DNA of 64,000 nt from NCBI RefSeq assembly GCF_009914755.1, contig NC_060925.1; one strand, given 5' to 3'. Below the pieces are notes generated by a model, which searched no databases, was not told the origin of the DNA, and worked only from the letters and a program-made list of their open reading frames with translations. Each line of letters begins with the position of its first letter. Position 1 is the stretch's first letter. The position numbers and the translations under genes are program-made. This DNA comes from the human T2T-CHM13v2.0 reference genome, Homo sapiens. This document shows positions 1-17,734 of this stretch, one piece after another.

Positions 1-1
1 G

Positions 2-335
<334 letters not shown>

Positions 336-441
336 TATAACTACTGTCAGCAGTTCCTCTGATAGTCTTTCAGAGATGCTCTATGAACTTCTAAGCAAGT
401 GTATATATGTGTGCATGCATGTGTGCAGCATATTATATATA

Positions 442-875
442 CAGTTGACCCTTGAACAACATGGGTTTGAACTATGTGGGTCCACCTATACATGGATTCT
501 TTTCCACCTCTGCCACCCACAAGACAACAAGACCAACCCCTCCTCTTCCTCCTCCTCCTCAGCCTATTCAATGTAAAGATGATGAGGATGAAAACCTTTA
601 TGATGATCCACTTCCACTTAATGAATAGTAAATGTATTTTCTCTTCCTTATGGTTTCTTAATAACATGTTAACTTACTTTAAGAATATTGTATATAACAC
701 ATATAACACACAAAATATGTATGTGTTAATTGACCGTGTATGTTATCAGTAAGGCTTCCAATCCACAGTAGGCTATTGATTTTTAAGTTCTGAGGGAGTC
801 AAAAGTCATATGCAAATTTGCAACTGTGTTGAGGGGGTAGGTGCCCCTAACGACCAATTGTTCAAGGGTCAACTG
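442..875. mobile_element. Tigger2a-like Tc1/mariner non-autonomous DNA transposon
   Basis: Perfect 18-bp terminal inverted repeats cagttgacccttgaacaa (442-459) / ttgttcaagggtcaactg (858-875); TA before the left TIR; 434 bp. Family name recalled from the TIR. Confidence 0.9.
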
Positions 876-3051
876 TCCTATCAAGCTTCTTGTTTATTTC
901 TTTGTTTTCACTTGAATATATCATGCAAATTATTCCTTATCAATACATGTTAATCTTCTCTCATTCTTTTTAATGGCTGCACATTATTTCATTACATTAT
1001 AATATATTACAATTTATTTCATCAGTCCCATCTCAATAGATATTTAGACCTTTTTGTCTTTTGTATTACAAACATGCTGTTATCAATAAAAAGTACTCAT
1101 ATACACATCTTTAAGCACCTGTCCAAGTATGTGTGGAGTATACATCAGATAAATTATTAGATGTGGAATTTAGCCAAAGAGTATATTTAATTTTGATAAG
1201 CAATGCCAAATTTTTCTCCAAAAAGGTATATTAATTTACACTTCTACAAAGAAAATATAGTCATTATTTAAGTTTTATTTGTGATTTTTTTCTTCACTTA
1301 TTAAATGATAAGTTCCTTGAAGAAAGAAACCATAGCTTCTACAACTTGATTCCAATGCCCATGGCCACACATATCATCATTCTTTAACAAAGATTGAATG
1401 ACCAAAACTGTGCTAAAGACTGAAATACAAAAATAGATATATATTATTTCCTATAGTGGTAGACTAGTTATCTCAGAGTAACCCCTCTGCTGAGAAAAAG
1501 TAAAATGAAATTGGGAAATATATTTTTTGAAAACCCACACCTTCCAAAAGCACCAAATAGTTAATCAAATAAGAAACTGCCCAGTCAAAATCTAGAAAAA
1601 ATGAAGCCCCTATATTAAAATCTGTTTGGCCCTAATGAGATTTGCTTATCTCGAAGAAATAACTGTGAAACTGCATTTGCTTAGGGCAGGTGGGGGTCTT
1701 TCAGGGCAGAGGAAACAAGACTTAAAGCTCAGGGTCCACCTTAGCTTAAGACTCAGATAAACCACCTGCCACTGTAAGGTAGAACCTAGCAAGGTTATCA
1801 CTTCAGGGTAAGGGTAAACCAGAATTAAACCAGTCCTTCAAAAGACTTGCAGCCTAGCTTCTCATCATTTGGCTCTTTTAGGGAACCTGAAGCCTCAAAC
1901 TTAGATTAAGATAGTCCTGCATCAGTAGCACCTCTAGAATCGTGGCAGAAACAAATTAAAATACTCTCTTGTAAGAGGCACTATCATCTTATGTCTCAAA
2001 GTATTCCTAAAATACATTGAATAGCACACAAAGAAAACAAAATGCATAGGAAACAAGGTACCATGAGCAAGAACCAGTTAAAACAAGAAGATAGTAGAAA
2101 CAGACCAACAAAGACTGTTTGTCATATATTGGGATTATTAGATACCAACTATAAAACAACTATGCCTACCAAGCCTTAAAAAAGAAAAAAAAAAGGAAAA
2201 GAAAGAAAGAAAAGAAAAGCTTCAAAATTTCAGAAAGACACTGAGGGGGAAAAGTGACATAATTTTGAAAAGGGGAAATATAATGACAAATTATGAATTA
2301 ATTGAGTGAGTTTAAGGGCATATTAGACATAGCTGAAGAAAGAATTATTGAACAGAAAAATAAGTCAGAATAAACTTTCCATATTACAGCACAAAGAGAC
2401 AAAAACATAGAAAATATAGCAGAGAGGATGAGAGGGAGGACATCTTGAAAAAGTCTAACATATATTTAATTGCAGTTTTACAAGAGAGAGAAATGGAGCA
2501 AAGACAATATTTAAATTTTTATGGTTAAATGACTGAGAATTTTGGAGGACTGACTCATAGAACTTAAGAATTCCATGCAGGATAAAGAAAAAAGAAATCT
2601 ACACCAAGATTCACCCTGAGATATTGCAGAAAACAAAAGAAAAAGTGAAAAAATCTTTATAGCATCCAGAAAAAAAAATTTTAAGTTTCTAAAGCACAAA
2701 AATAAAAACCAAAGGAAAAATGGGAATATATTCTCCATGTTCTTATAGAAAATAAAAACTATTATAGAACTTTATAGCCAGCAGAATATTCTTCAACCAT
2801 GAAAGTAAAATATAGGCATTTTCAGACAAACAAGAATTGAGAGAATTCACAACCAACTGACTTAGGCTAAAGGGTCAGAGACACAGAAAGGATTAAGAAT
2901 TTTAAAAATGGTAAATATATGGGTAAACATAAATATTGACCTTAAAAGCTGTAATATGCATGTCTTACAGAGTGTTAAAATATACAGAATTAAAATGTAT
3001 AGCAACTCCATGTTGCCAGCTAGAAACTAGGGAGAAAGGGAAGTTTTGTTA

Positions 3052-3297
<246 letters not shown>

Positions 3298-3355
3298 TTA
3301 TTCTAAGGTCCTTATACTCATTCCAGAAGGACAGTAAATGTACTGATTAACATTA

Positions 3356-3670
<315 letters not shown>

Positions 3671-3889
3671 ACTTTGCTAAGGAAAGGGTGACTATTGTGT
3701 GATTTCTAGAGCCAGAGAGCCACTGCTCAAAGAATAGAAAAAGAGTACATTATTTTCATATCAACAGAAAAGGAAAAAAATAGATGGTAAGAAAAAATAA
3801 TCATTTCAAAAGAAAGGCAAGAAAGGTGAGAAAAAGAAACATAGATCTGGTGGACCAAACAAAAGCACAAAATAAGATGGTTGTTTCTT

Positions 3890-4123
3890 GGCCAGGTGTG
3901 GTGGCTCACACCTGTAATCCCAGCACTCTGGGAGGCCCAGGTGAGCAGATCACTTGAGGCCAGGAATCAAGACCATCATGGCCAACACAGGGAAACCCTG
4001 TCTCTACTAAAAATACAAAAAATTAGCTGCGGCTGGGCACAGTGGGAGGCCAAGGCAGGCAGATCACTTGAGGTCAGGTGTTCAAGACCAACCTGGCCAA
4101 CATGGTGAAACCCCATCTCTACT
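3890..4123 (+). mobile_element. Composite Alu (two tandem left-monomer pieces) truncated at the NBPF-arm junction
   Basis: Left monomer with middle A-tract, then a second internally deleted left monomer ending ccccatctctact, joined directly to the duplicated arm. Confidence 0.85.
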
Positions 4124-7079
4124 GGGTCGTGTTCATTCTTACTCTCTGTCCCACTCAATATCTCCTCCTGGAGCCCCTGGGGCTGCCAGGTGCTTATCTG
4201 TCAGGCGATGCCCCCAGCTGAGGAATAAGGGACCCATGTCCTCAGGAGGAAGGAGGGTCACTTGAGGTAACGAGCACTTTCTGGGTCCGTGGAGAGGACA
4301 CATGGAAGACGCTCAGTGAGTGTCGGGGGATGCGTAGTCCCTGACACATGCCCTGATAACTTCGAGTATTTAAACTGATTTCTTCCCACTGATGTCTCTT
4401 TTGCTTCTCCATGGATTCCCACATCCCCAGTCAGGACTCACCCACCTGGCTCCAACACTCTCACCTGCTGGCTTTCCCAGGAGTCCAGAGCACTAACCAG
4501 GCTCCAGGCAGGAGGAAAGAATGAATGCCTTTTGTTTCATTCTCTAGTGACTTCTCCCTGCTGTCTACTAGGGCATTTGTTTCTCACCATGTCTTCTCTC
4601 TCTCAATAGTCTTATTTTTCCAAAATTTTTTCCAATTTCAATGGGCTAGATTGTAATGTTAGTGATTATAATGTTAATTCAACACCTTCCACATCCCTAT
4701 GTAATAATTTCTTCCAATAGATTTTTATATATAAATATATGCATTTATGTCACTGTTATATACATTATGCATATTTGCATGTATTTTTAATAAAATGTAG
4801 ATATATGCAATGTACCTATCTGTATGATCATTTCATCAATATCCCATGTTTAGTCTTCCCAATTCTTTTCTCTCATATGTTCATTTAACGTTGATTTTGC
4901 TTGATTTTTAGAATCTCCTCCCTCCCAAAACACAGCCTGTATCCAGTGTGATTTCCTTGCCTTTGTCTTATCTACTTGGAAGCTATTTGGGTTTATTAAT
5001 CCTAAATTTTTTGAATATGTTTGTCAGTTGGGATCACCTTTTCCTCCTGGCAATCTTGTCATTACTGGGTGATGCATGAAAAATCAACAATACAGAAAGT
5101 ACCCAAATGTCTTTCTTGGCTTCCCTTTACCCCTTGGATTTTCTTGTTCAAGGCCGCTTTCCTTCTCTGATGATCCTCTTGGGTGGAAGAGAAAGTCACA
5201 GTAAGATCATGGATGACAGTGAACGCTGTTGGGTGTGGTTTCATTTTCAGAGCTGGGTTTAGAGACTTCCCTTGGAATGAAGAACCCTCCCCAGCTGGAA
5301 GGTGATGCTATTGAAGGCTCAGCTGACAACACACATGGGCATCAAGTCACTGGCCACATTCATGCCTCAAGTGTCCTAAAACCGAAGATGACCAAAAGAA
5401 AGCTCCCATTCAGCAAGTGGAGACTGGCCTGCAGATTCCCTGGCCTGCAAGCTTAGAGTACGAAGGTAATCACATCTATGGCTCTTAGCTGCACTCACTC
5501 CTTATTTCTCTCTGTCTGTGATGACAGCTCCTTCTCCCACTGCTTTTTTCTTCTGTATTTGTTCTCTCCAGCAGCTGCTGTCACGTCTGCCTGGTCTAAC
5601 CTCTGTGTCCCATGGGCTGCCACCCTGCCAGGCCCTTCTGGTCCTCATCACCTGTTTGCTCTCTGAACTCTGCTCTGTTCCCACTGCTGCTGTCCTGAGA
5701 GTCCTTCTCACAGCTGCAGGAGAGCCCAGCCTCCTTGTCTCCCTCCAAGTGCATGGTGTGAGCTGCTAAACACAGGGTTCTTTGCCTGGAATTGCACGGC
5801 TTGAGTAATTTGCCTTTCCTTCCTGCATCCCAAACTCCATTGCCCCTTTCTGCTGGGAGCATTGCTTTAATACGTCATTTATACACAGATTTTTCTCTTG
5901 GGACAGCTTTTGAGCAACACAACTAAGTCAAACTTTAACCCTCACCTTGTACATGGGAATGAGAAGTGTTAAAAATGAGCACTAAGAACCCCAAATCAAA
6001 AACTAAATTAGAACCTGGGTCACAGAAGAGAGTTCCCTACTAGCCTGGAGTCAGGTGTGTCTTCAGCTCCAGATGGGCAAACTTATGCCAACGTGGATGA
6101 AGTTTCCAGGGACTGTGCCTGCTCCTCATGGAGTCACTTAGCTGACATTAACTGGAGAACATTTATGACATTCCAAAGGAACCTCAGCCGAAGGTAGATG
6201 CAGAGGGCAGGGCAGGACTTTGAACCTGCATAGACCACGAGGTACATTCTCACCTCTCTCCTTTTTATTCACATATCTACTTCTACAAGCTCAGTTAGAA
6301 TCTAAAACACAACTCAGGTGAATCTTGAGGACAGAGAAATACGAGAGCATTTAATGAATTAACTTTGAGAAAAGTGAGTCCAGGGGTCAGCTTTATGTCT
6401 ACATAAGATGATAGACAAGAACCTATCTACAGGACAGACTTTGCCTCAGACAAGCCCAAGTGAGAGATTTAACCGAAATTGTCAGAAGAAAGACTAAAAT
6501 CCATACAGCCACAGAGAATGAAGGCAATCACGAGAGAAATGAGGATAGGAAAGAAAATGATGGGAAATCAGGTTGGTTCATTCATTGTCTCTAAATCCTG
6601 CTACCATGTAATAAGCACCTGGTGAGATTTCAATAAACATGAATGCCTTGAACTGACATCTTGAGATTCTCACTTAAATGGTCTGGGGTGTGATGTGAGC
6701 ATCAGTACCTTTAAAAAACTTCCATGATATTCTAATATACAACCGAAGATGACAAGGACCACTGGTCTACTCTGACCTCAGGTTTTCAACATGGAGATGA
6801 CCACTTGTGTGGCTACTCCACACAAAAGGCTGAGCATCCATCAGACATTGATGGGATCTGTATTCACCTCTCAACAGTAGTATTTGTAGAATGTAGAAAA
6901 AAATAAAAAAGAAAAACAAGAAAATAGGTGGATTAGACCTATAGTCTCTCTACTTAAAGCACACTTGCTTAATTTTAAATACAAGTAAAATAAGAAATAG
7001 TCATTATATTGAAACCCAGTATACAGAAAACAATACCTCGTATATTACACATATTCAAATTTAGTATTTTCTGTTCAAT

Positions 7080-7405
7080 TTTATTTTATTGTATTTTATG
7101 TTTTGTTTTATTTTATTTTATTTTTAAGACAGAGTCTCTCTCTGTCACCCAGGCTGGAGTGCAGTGGCGCAGTCTCGGCTCACTGCAACCTCCGTCTCGC
7201 AGCTTCAACAATTCTCATGCCTCAGCCTCCTGAGTAGCTGGGATTACAGGTGCATGCCACCACACTTGGTTAATTTTTGTATTTTTTTAGTAGAGGCATG
7301 GTTTCACCATGTTGGGAAGGCTGATTTCGAACTCCTGGCCTCAAGTGATCCATCCACCTTGGCTTCCCAAAGATCTGGGATTTAGGCATGAGCCGTCATG
7401 CCCAC
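7080..7405 (-). mobile_element. AluS, antisense (paralogous to 40603-40900)
   Basis: Alu consensus match; same insertion in the other arm. Confidence 0.93.
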
Positions 7406-7558
7406 CTTTCTTTTCAATTTTAAAATAAATCCTGCAGTTTACATTTCCACACACTGATTCCAGAGCCCATGAATGGGTTCAGCACTGCAGTGTAAAAATT
7501 CTGCTTTGCTCAATTCTTTTCATTCAGCCAAATCCTCAAAGAGAACTCGTAGTTCTCA

Positions 7559-7927
<369 letters not shown>

Positions 7928-10560
7928 CTGAAACTCAGGAAGAGATGATATATGAATACTTTTTTATGCTACCCTTGACGCTGGCATAAAATACTAAAAA
8001 GAAATCTTTCCCAACAAACCACTTTGGGAAAAATATAACAGGGAGAGGAGAATGTAATAAAACACAAACTAATCCTTTTCACTTTCTACTTCAGAGTTTT
8101 GTCGATCAGATATTGAGAATATTTCTAGAAATGCCTTAAGGTGTAACCAGGTATGGAATCAACTTCAGGGAATTAGGGATAATAAGTTGGGCCATGGTTA
8201 CAATCACCACCCTTCCTTTGTAATTCCATTTGACTCTTTCCTTTTCCTTTTTTTCTGATCCTTTTTGGAAGAACACATAATATTTCTTTTGTCTTTTCTC
8301 ATTTTTAATTTTACCGACAAAACAAGTAGCAGTGACATCATATTTCTTTGTAAAAGCTCATTCCTATCCTAGCCAAGGTGACCCAGCAACCTCTAGTGAC
8401 TGTCAAGAACTCCAGATTGGAGAATTGACTCTCCCTTCTCTCCAACTTATTGAAAGGGACTTCGTGCGTGGGTTCTAGTTTCAGGGTTGTCAATAGCAAG
8501 TCATGTGGCTTTAGTTAAGTCAGCCCTGTGGCATCACTGCTCCTCTGTTGTAAAAGGCAGAACTGGATGTGGATGTGGTCTGAGGTCCTTCCTGTATCTC
8601 ACCTCCAGGGTTCTTCCCATGGCCCTGCACACCCTTCCCTAAGAGACGGGGACATGGAGCTGTAAGGGAGTGGGTTTCTCTGTAAAAGGTCCTTTCCTTC
8701 TGCAGCCCTCTGTTTCTGAGCTTTCATGGTTGATGCTGAGAAAATCCTCACTGAGGGGTGTGAAAAGCCATCACTCTGCTCCAGACAGAAGGAATCAGGA
8801 GGAAAGGGGCTGATGTCACCGGCTGCTGGTTGGGCAGAGCTAGGGTCCCTATATCCTTCACCTCAGCTGACTGGAAGTTCAGGGGCATTTACTTTTCACT
8901 TGTGGATGGCACTTGCCTCTTCACTCAGCCTTCGGCTCAGCCTTCAGCTCATCCTCCTAGCAGGAGCTCAGTTTGCCCCTGGGCTATCACCACTTAGCAG
9001 TCCCTCTAGACTCAGCCATCAGCAGGACCTGACAAAGATGCCCATTTGATCTTTCCTTCTCTCTCTCCTACAGATACTAAATGCTGCTGGAACAATGAAA
9101 AGAAAGAAAGGATATCACAAAAAGCATTTTCGTTTGATGAAAAAAACTAAAAGAGCAAAGCAATTGAAAGCTCAACACAACACAGGAGGGATCCATGGCT
9201 GAGGATTGTATTTCAGAACCACTGACTGCTCTTGACAATTGTTAACCCACAATTTTGGTTAGAGAAGCCACAGTCCTTCAGCCTCCACTTGATATCAACA
9301 CTTAGGAAGACCAAAGCCAGATGGACAAACAGCATTGAGAGGCTTTAGCCCTGCTCCTCTCACTTCCATCCTGTAGACAACAGGGAATTTGCCGGTGCAG
9401 AATATGAACAATGCCATGTTCTTGCTAAAAATGCTTAGCCTGAGTTTCATAGGAGGTAATCACCAGACAACTGCAGAATGTAGAACACTGAGCAGGACAA
9501 CTGACCTGTCTCCTTCACACGGTCCATGTCACCACGAATCACACAACAAAAAGGAGAAGAGACATTTTGGGTTCAAAAAAAGTAAAAACATAATGTAGCT
9601 ACATTTCTTTAGTTATTTTGAACCGAAAGTATCTCCTCATCTTTTTGTTGTTGTCATGGATGGTGGTGACATGGACTTGTTTGTAGAGGACAGGTCAGCT
9701 GTCTGGCTCAATGTTCTACATTCTGAAGTTGTCTGAAAATGTCCTCATGATTAAATTCAGCCTAAACGTTTTGCCAGGAACACTGCAGAGTCACTACTGA
9801 GAGTTTCCTACCTCAGCCCATCTGCAGGCAGAGAAGGTCCAGTTTGTCCATCACCATTATCGTGATACTAGGACTGTCACTTGGTTAAGGAGGAATCTAG
9901 AAGACCTGTCCCTTTTAGAGACACCTTACTTATAATGAAGTATTTGGGAAAGTGGTTTTCAAGAGTATAAATGTCCTGTATTCTAATGATCATCCTCTAA
10001 ACATTTTATCATTTATTAATCATCCCTGCCTGTGTCTATTATTATATTCATATCTCTACACTGGAAATTTTCTATTTCAGTTTTTACTATATCCTTGTTT
10101 TTGCTAGTTTCTGTTGTTGAAAAAAAAATTTCCTGCCTGGGTTTTAATTTTTGTCCACAGTTAACTTTAATCCATACAACTAAAATTTTTTGTCTATCAC
10201 TTTGGACTGGTGAATTGTTTTTTTACATTCAGTGTTATAATCTTTTATTATGTTGATTGGTTTTGGCAGGTAATGATACGAATTAATAAAAACATTTTTA
10301 TTTCCGAGTTTATTTTCTAAACACTTCCACATTGTAGGCTATGTTTACCATATGTTGTAGATTGTATTTACTACATTTCTTTGTTCTAGTTATTTGTATT
10401 CTCTGATAGTGTGTGTGTTTGTCTGTGTATGCCTTTGGCATTTAGGAAGGGTTGTATAGGTCAAGTTTAATATTGCACTAAAATGTTCTTGATAGTTTTT
10501 TCCCCTTTGAACTAGACACACTTCTAATATTTGGTTTATACGTTTTAAATTATAATTTTC

Positions 10561-10847
10561 TTTTTTCTTTTTCTTTTTTTTTGAGATGGAGTCTCGCTCT
10601 GTGGCCCAGGCTGGAGTGCAGTGGTGTGATCTCGGCTCACTGCAAGCTCCGCCTCCCAGGTTCACGCCATTCTGCCTAAGCCTCCAGAGTAGCTGTGACT
10701 ACAGGCGCCAGCCACCGCACACGGCTAATTTTTTGTATTTTTAGTAGAGACGGGGTTTCACCATGGTCTGGATCTCCTGACCTCGTGATCTGCCTGCCAC
10801 GGCCTCCCAAAGTGCTGGATTACAGGCGTGAGCCATCGCCCCTGGCC
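10561..10847 (-). mobile_element. AluY-like, antisense
   Basis: Diagnostic ctgcaagctccgcctcccaggttcacgccatt; 15-bp TSD taaattataattttc at 10546-10560 and 10848-10862. Confidence 0.93.
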
Positions 10848-10939
10848 TAAATTATAATTTTCAACATCAAATATTTCCATATGACAATTACATGATTTGT
10901 TTTCTTTTTCCTATCTTCTTTACCTGCCACTTCTCATAA

Positions 10940-11368
10940 TAGAAGATAGAGATGAAGATGGAGAGGAGAGAGAGAGAGAGAAGAGAGACAGAGAGAGAGA
11001 GAGAGATTGAGACTGATTTTAAGGAATTGGCTCATATAATTGTGGAAGCTTGGTGAGACCAAATCTGATGAGATAGGCGAGTAGGCTGGAGACTCAGGGG
11101 AGAGAGTTGCAGTTCAAGTCTAAGGGGAATCTGCTGGCAGAATTCCTCCTTGTTAGGGGGAGGTCAGGTTTTATACTATTAAGGCCTTCACCTGACTAGA
11201 TGAGGCCAACTCACACTATGGAGTGTCATCTGCTTTACTCAAAGTCGGCTGATTTCAATGTCTCATTTCATCAAAAAACACTTTCACAGAAACGTCAGAA
11301 TAATATTTGACCAAATATCTGGGCACCATGGCCCAGCCAAATTTACACATGCAATTAAGCATCCAACA
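10940..11368 (-). mobile_element. MLT2-type ERVL LTR with (GA)n tract
   Basis: (GA)n then gattttaaggaattggctcatataattgtggaagct...atatctgggcaccatggcccagccaa, typical of antisense MLT2. Confidence 0.75.
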
Positions 11369-11379
11369 TATAATATTGA

Positions 11380-14025
<2,646 letters not shown>

Positions 14026-14262
14026 TGGTTTTGAACCAGGATATTGAAGTAGCCTGCACTGCTGACCAGCTCCTGAAACTCAGCCCTCGAAAAACTGTAG
14101 AAGCAAGAAGGAAACATGGCTTACGGGACCTGTGAAAAATGGTAAATCTCCCTTAGAGACCAAGGCGGTTTTGAACCGGTGTGTGTGGAAGGTTGATGTT
14201 CACAGGTAGGAGAGAGAGAACGACATAGAGAAAAGTATTTTCGGTTCTGCTCTTGCTTCTGA

Positions 14263-14614
<352 letters not shown>

Positions 14615-15443
14615 ATCAGCGGATCTTAATCCACCAGTGAGGCAGCTGCGATGCGACTCCTGGACACATATAAGCTTCCCTGAGGAAAAGAGTAGATGAA
14701 AACAGGGGAGGACAAACCAGATGATCCCGGGGCTTTCCTTTTCCAGCTTTCCTCCGCAAATCTCCAGAGGTAATGATTGTCATGGCCTCTCCAGCACGAT
14801 GCTTAAAGAGACGTATTACAAAGAATCCCCTAGATAGAAGATTTGCTTGGTGGAGTATAAAACAGGGGTAATCGAAATGAGTTTTGGGGACGTGCTGCTC
14901 TCCACTTGGGGCCCATCCTTCATTTTGCCGATACCACCAAAGACTGGGCCTTCCTCGACAGGAAGATCCGAGGTCCCTCTCTGCAGCTCCCCTCATCTGC
15001 GTGCGGGTTCCTTCCCACACGCCTCCCCTGTCCCTGGGCCCCCGTACCCACTGCCCCTTCCCCACTGCGTGTGTCTGTCCGACCCCACAGCTTCTCTCCT
15101 TTCTTGAGCCTCACTCCACCGCGATACGTGGTCTGTCCAAGGTCCAGTCAGTGAAATCAGTGTCCAGGTGACTGTGTATTTCAGGGATCCGCCAGAAGAG
15201 ACAATAAACGTCCCGTCGGTTTTAGGGCCAAATATGCAAACGCAGAGACCAACCAGACACACTAGCTGCTTCAAAGACAGTCTCTGCGAAGTCCTTACTT
15301 AGAGAAATTCCACTCCAGAAGGAACTGGAAAGCTATACAGTAGTTCCCTTTTCCTTCTGTTTATTATTGCGGCTGTGACCTGCCTGAGTATACACAGTTA
15401 TGGTAAATAAATGTAAAAACCGCATTGTGCGGAAACTGCACGC

Positions 15444-15514
15444 TGCACCAACCAGGAGTTGAACACGGATCTCGTGCATGGGAGGCAGGAATTCCACCAC
15501 TAAACCACTGACGC
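15444..15514 (-). tRNA. tRNA-Gly(CCC), degenerate / probable pseudogene
   Basis: Reverse complement GCGTCAGTGGTTTAGTGGTGGAATTCCTGCCTCCCATGCACGAGATCCGTGTTCAACTCCTGGTTGGTGCA (71 nt) folds as a cloverleaf. CCC anticodon at 15480-15482; C-C mismatch in the anticodon stem, U-C in the T stem, three G-U pairs in the acceptor stem; T5 terminator ~25 nt downstream (15415-15419). Confidence 0.88.
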
Positions 15515-16363
15515 CTCCTGCTAGCAAAAACTGCGGCCTTTACATGGAAAAAGGTAAGATCGGGACATGGGAAGAGGAGTCAAGATTTTTACCGTGTTCT
15601 CTTTGGAACATGTAATTAACAAAAAGGACACCCAGGGCAAAGGCTCACATTAGAGATTTGCATCAGGCAACACCAGAAAGTTATGGCTTCACATTAAAAG
15701 AGCTGATTTGAAAAAGACTTATTCTGAAATAGACTCTGTACAACTGGATAACAAACCTCTGTAAGAAAACACCAGAAATTCACTCAGTTTCTTGTCTCCG
15801 GTGCTGTATCCAACGTGAACCTGTGGAAAGTTCTTGCCTTGCTTCTTGATACCTTCTCTTTGCCTTCCCATCGCCTGGGGCCTTCCAAACCCTTTCCTCC
15901 CAACCTTGACACAAACATCAGTACTTTCCCCAAAAGGGCCTTCAGAACCCAGGGACCCTGGTTTGGAAAGCTGGACTCTTGGGATTGTGCCTGGGATAGT
16001 CCCGGAGACCTGGGTAATAATTGAGCTTCTCTCCTCATGTACCTATTTCAAATTCCTGGAAAATGCCACGGATCAGATCTTGCTTTTAACTTCTTATGCC
16101 TTACAGAGACCAAAACAAGAGCGAAGAAACGGACATTTCACTCCAAGATGTCTTCCCTTCACCTCGCCCTCGTCGGCCACCCAAGGAGGCCAGTTCAGGG
16201 AAAAACAATTCCATTCGATTCCATTCTATTCTAGTTAGATGCTAGGATATTACTCCTCTAGCTAATGTAAAGCGTTCTTTTGCCATTTCCCTTTGTCTGA
16301 TATCCATGTTTTCATTCTCATTCTTTTGTTTACAATAAGCCTGGTACAGATTTGCACCACTCT

Positions 16364-16668
16364 TTTTTGTTGTTGTTGTTTGTTTTCTTTTCTTTTTAAA
16401 TGTTTTATTTCCAATTTTTACTTTAATTTCAGGGGTACACGTGCAGGATGTGCAGGTTTGTTCCATAGATAAACCTGTGCCATGGTGGTTTGCTGCACAG
16501 ATCATCCCACCACCCAGGTACTAATCCCAGCATCCATTAGCTCCTCTTTCTGATGCTCTCCCTCTTCCCAGCCCTACCCTCTGGCAGGCTCGAGTGTGTG
16601 TTGTCCCCACCCCCACTCTATCTGTCCATGTATTCTCATCATTCAGCTCCCACTTATAAGTGAGAACA
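16364..16668 (-). mobile_element. L1PA (older subfamily) 3' end, antisense
   Basis: ggggtacacgtgcaggatgtgcaggtttgtt...cattcagctcccacttataagtgagaaca preceded by a T-rich tail. Confidence 0.9.
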
Positions 16669-16859
16669 CAGAGGGTCATGATGATGCCACTCCTCCAAGG
16701 ATTTCAGGCTTCCCAGACGCCTAGTTTTCAGTCTAGTTCTTCTGTGAGATCTTACACTTGGGGAGCTACACGTTCTCGCGTTTGGGGCTCTTTCAGGTTC
16801 TATCTCCATTTTCCCCTCAATTCCTCCCCATTCTGCTACAATAACAAAACAATTCTCAC

Positions 16860-17734
16860 CTCCGGAAGATCCCGCCTCTGCCTCCGCACGAGCCTTTCAG
16901 GAGGTCTGAATGTCTGGTCCACCGCTCCCCGGCTTCTTTCCCCGCTTTTGCTTTTCCCTTCCCCCGCTCCCGCCCTCCCGCCTCACGACCCGACCACCGC
17001 CCAGCTGAGCCCCCGCGGCTCCACTGCGCAGAAGGTGCACTGGAGGCCCTGCCCGTTGCCCGCCCCGCGGGGTGCCGAGAAGTCAACCTGAATAAACGCC
17101 TTGTAAAAAGAACTTCCTAATGGAAAAAATATCTTATGATTTCCATTCTCAACGCTCTTCAGAGGACTAAAAGATAAAGGCCATGATGGATTCATTCAAC
17201 AAGTCCTAATCCTGCGCCCTGGTGTGTGCCAGACCCTGCTCCCCGCGAGGGGATCCACGAGCGACCCTCACCACTATCCCTGCCCTGGTGGACCCTCCGT
17301 GCGGGACACAGCATCCGAAGATGGCAGCGGAAGCTCCTCAGCGCCCCGAAAGCGACTGGGCAGGGGGCACAGGCTCCCTCACTGGGTGAAGGCCGCACAA
17401 AGAACCGGAAGAGCCATCCGGGTAGCTCACCCGGCGTTCAGCTTCCCTTGGGCCCCCTGGCTGCTCGGGCCCGGATCGCGGACCGGGGCGTTTCCGGGGA
17501 TTTCTGAAGCGGAGGAGGGGCAGGGCGGGCGAAGGCCATTCGGCTCTCCTTCTGGCTCCAGAATCTCCCAACCCGCAGGTGTGCAGTGTGACCAGCGCGA
17601 CTCACCGCTCTAATCGCTCCGATTTTCCAAGGCCTTGCTCAGTAGTCCTGCCAGGCGGGCCCTGAGGCTGGAAGGGATGGGGGAGTTCGGTGAGTGCGCC
17701 CTGCCTACAGCGCCCAGTGGAATCGCTAGTACCT
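16860..17734. promoter_or_regulatory. CpG island upstream of the tRNA-Asn-like gene
   Basis: High GC and dense CpG; GC boxes (gggcggg, cccgcccc); + strand donor cg|gtgagt at 17690. Confidence 0.75.

Noticed and set aside
16208-16232. attccattcgattccattctattc, HSATII/(CATTC)n-like
   Set aside because: Only ~24 bp; too short to call satellite.
14616-17613. Overlapping 60-149 aa ORFs in the GC-rich tRNA flanks
   Set aside because: Stop-codon depletion in GC-rich DNA; open on both strands with no family resemblance.
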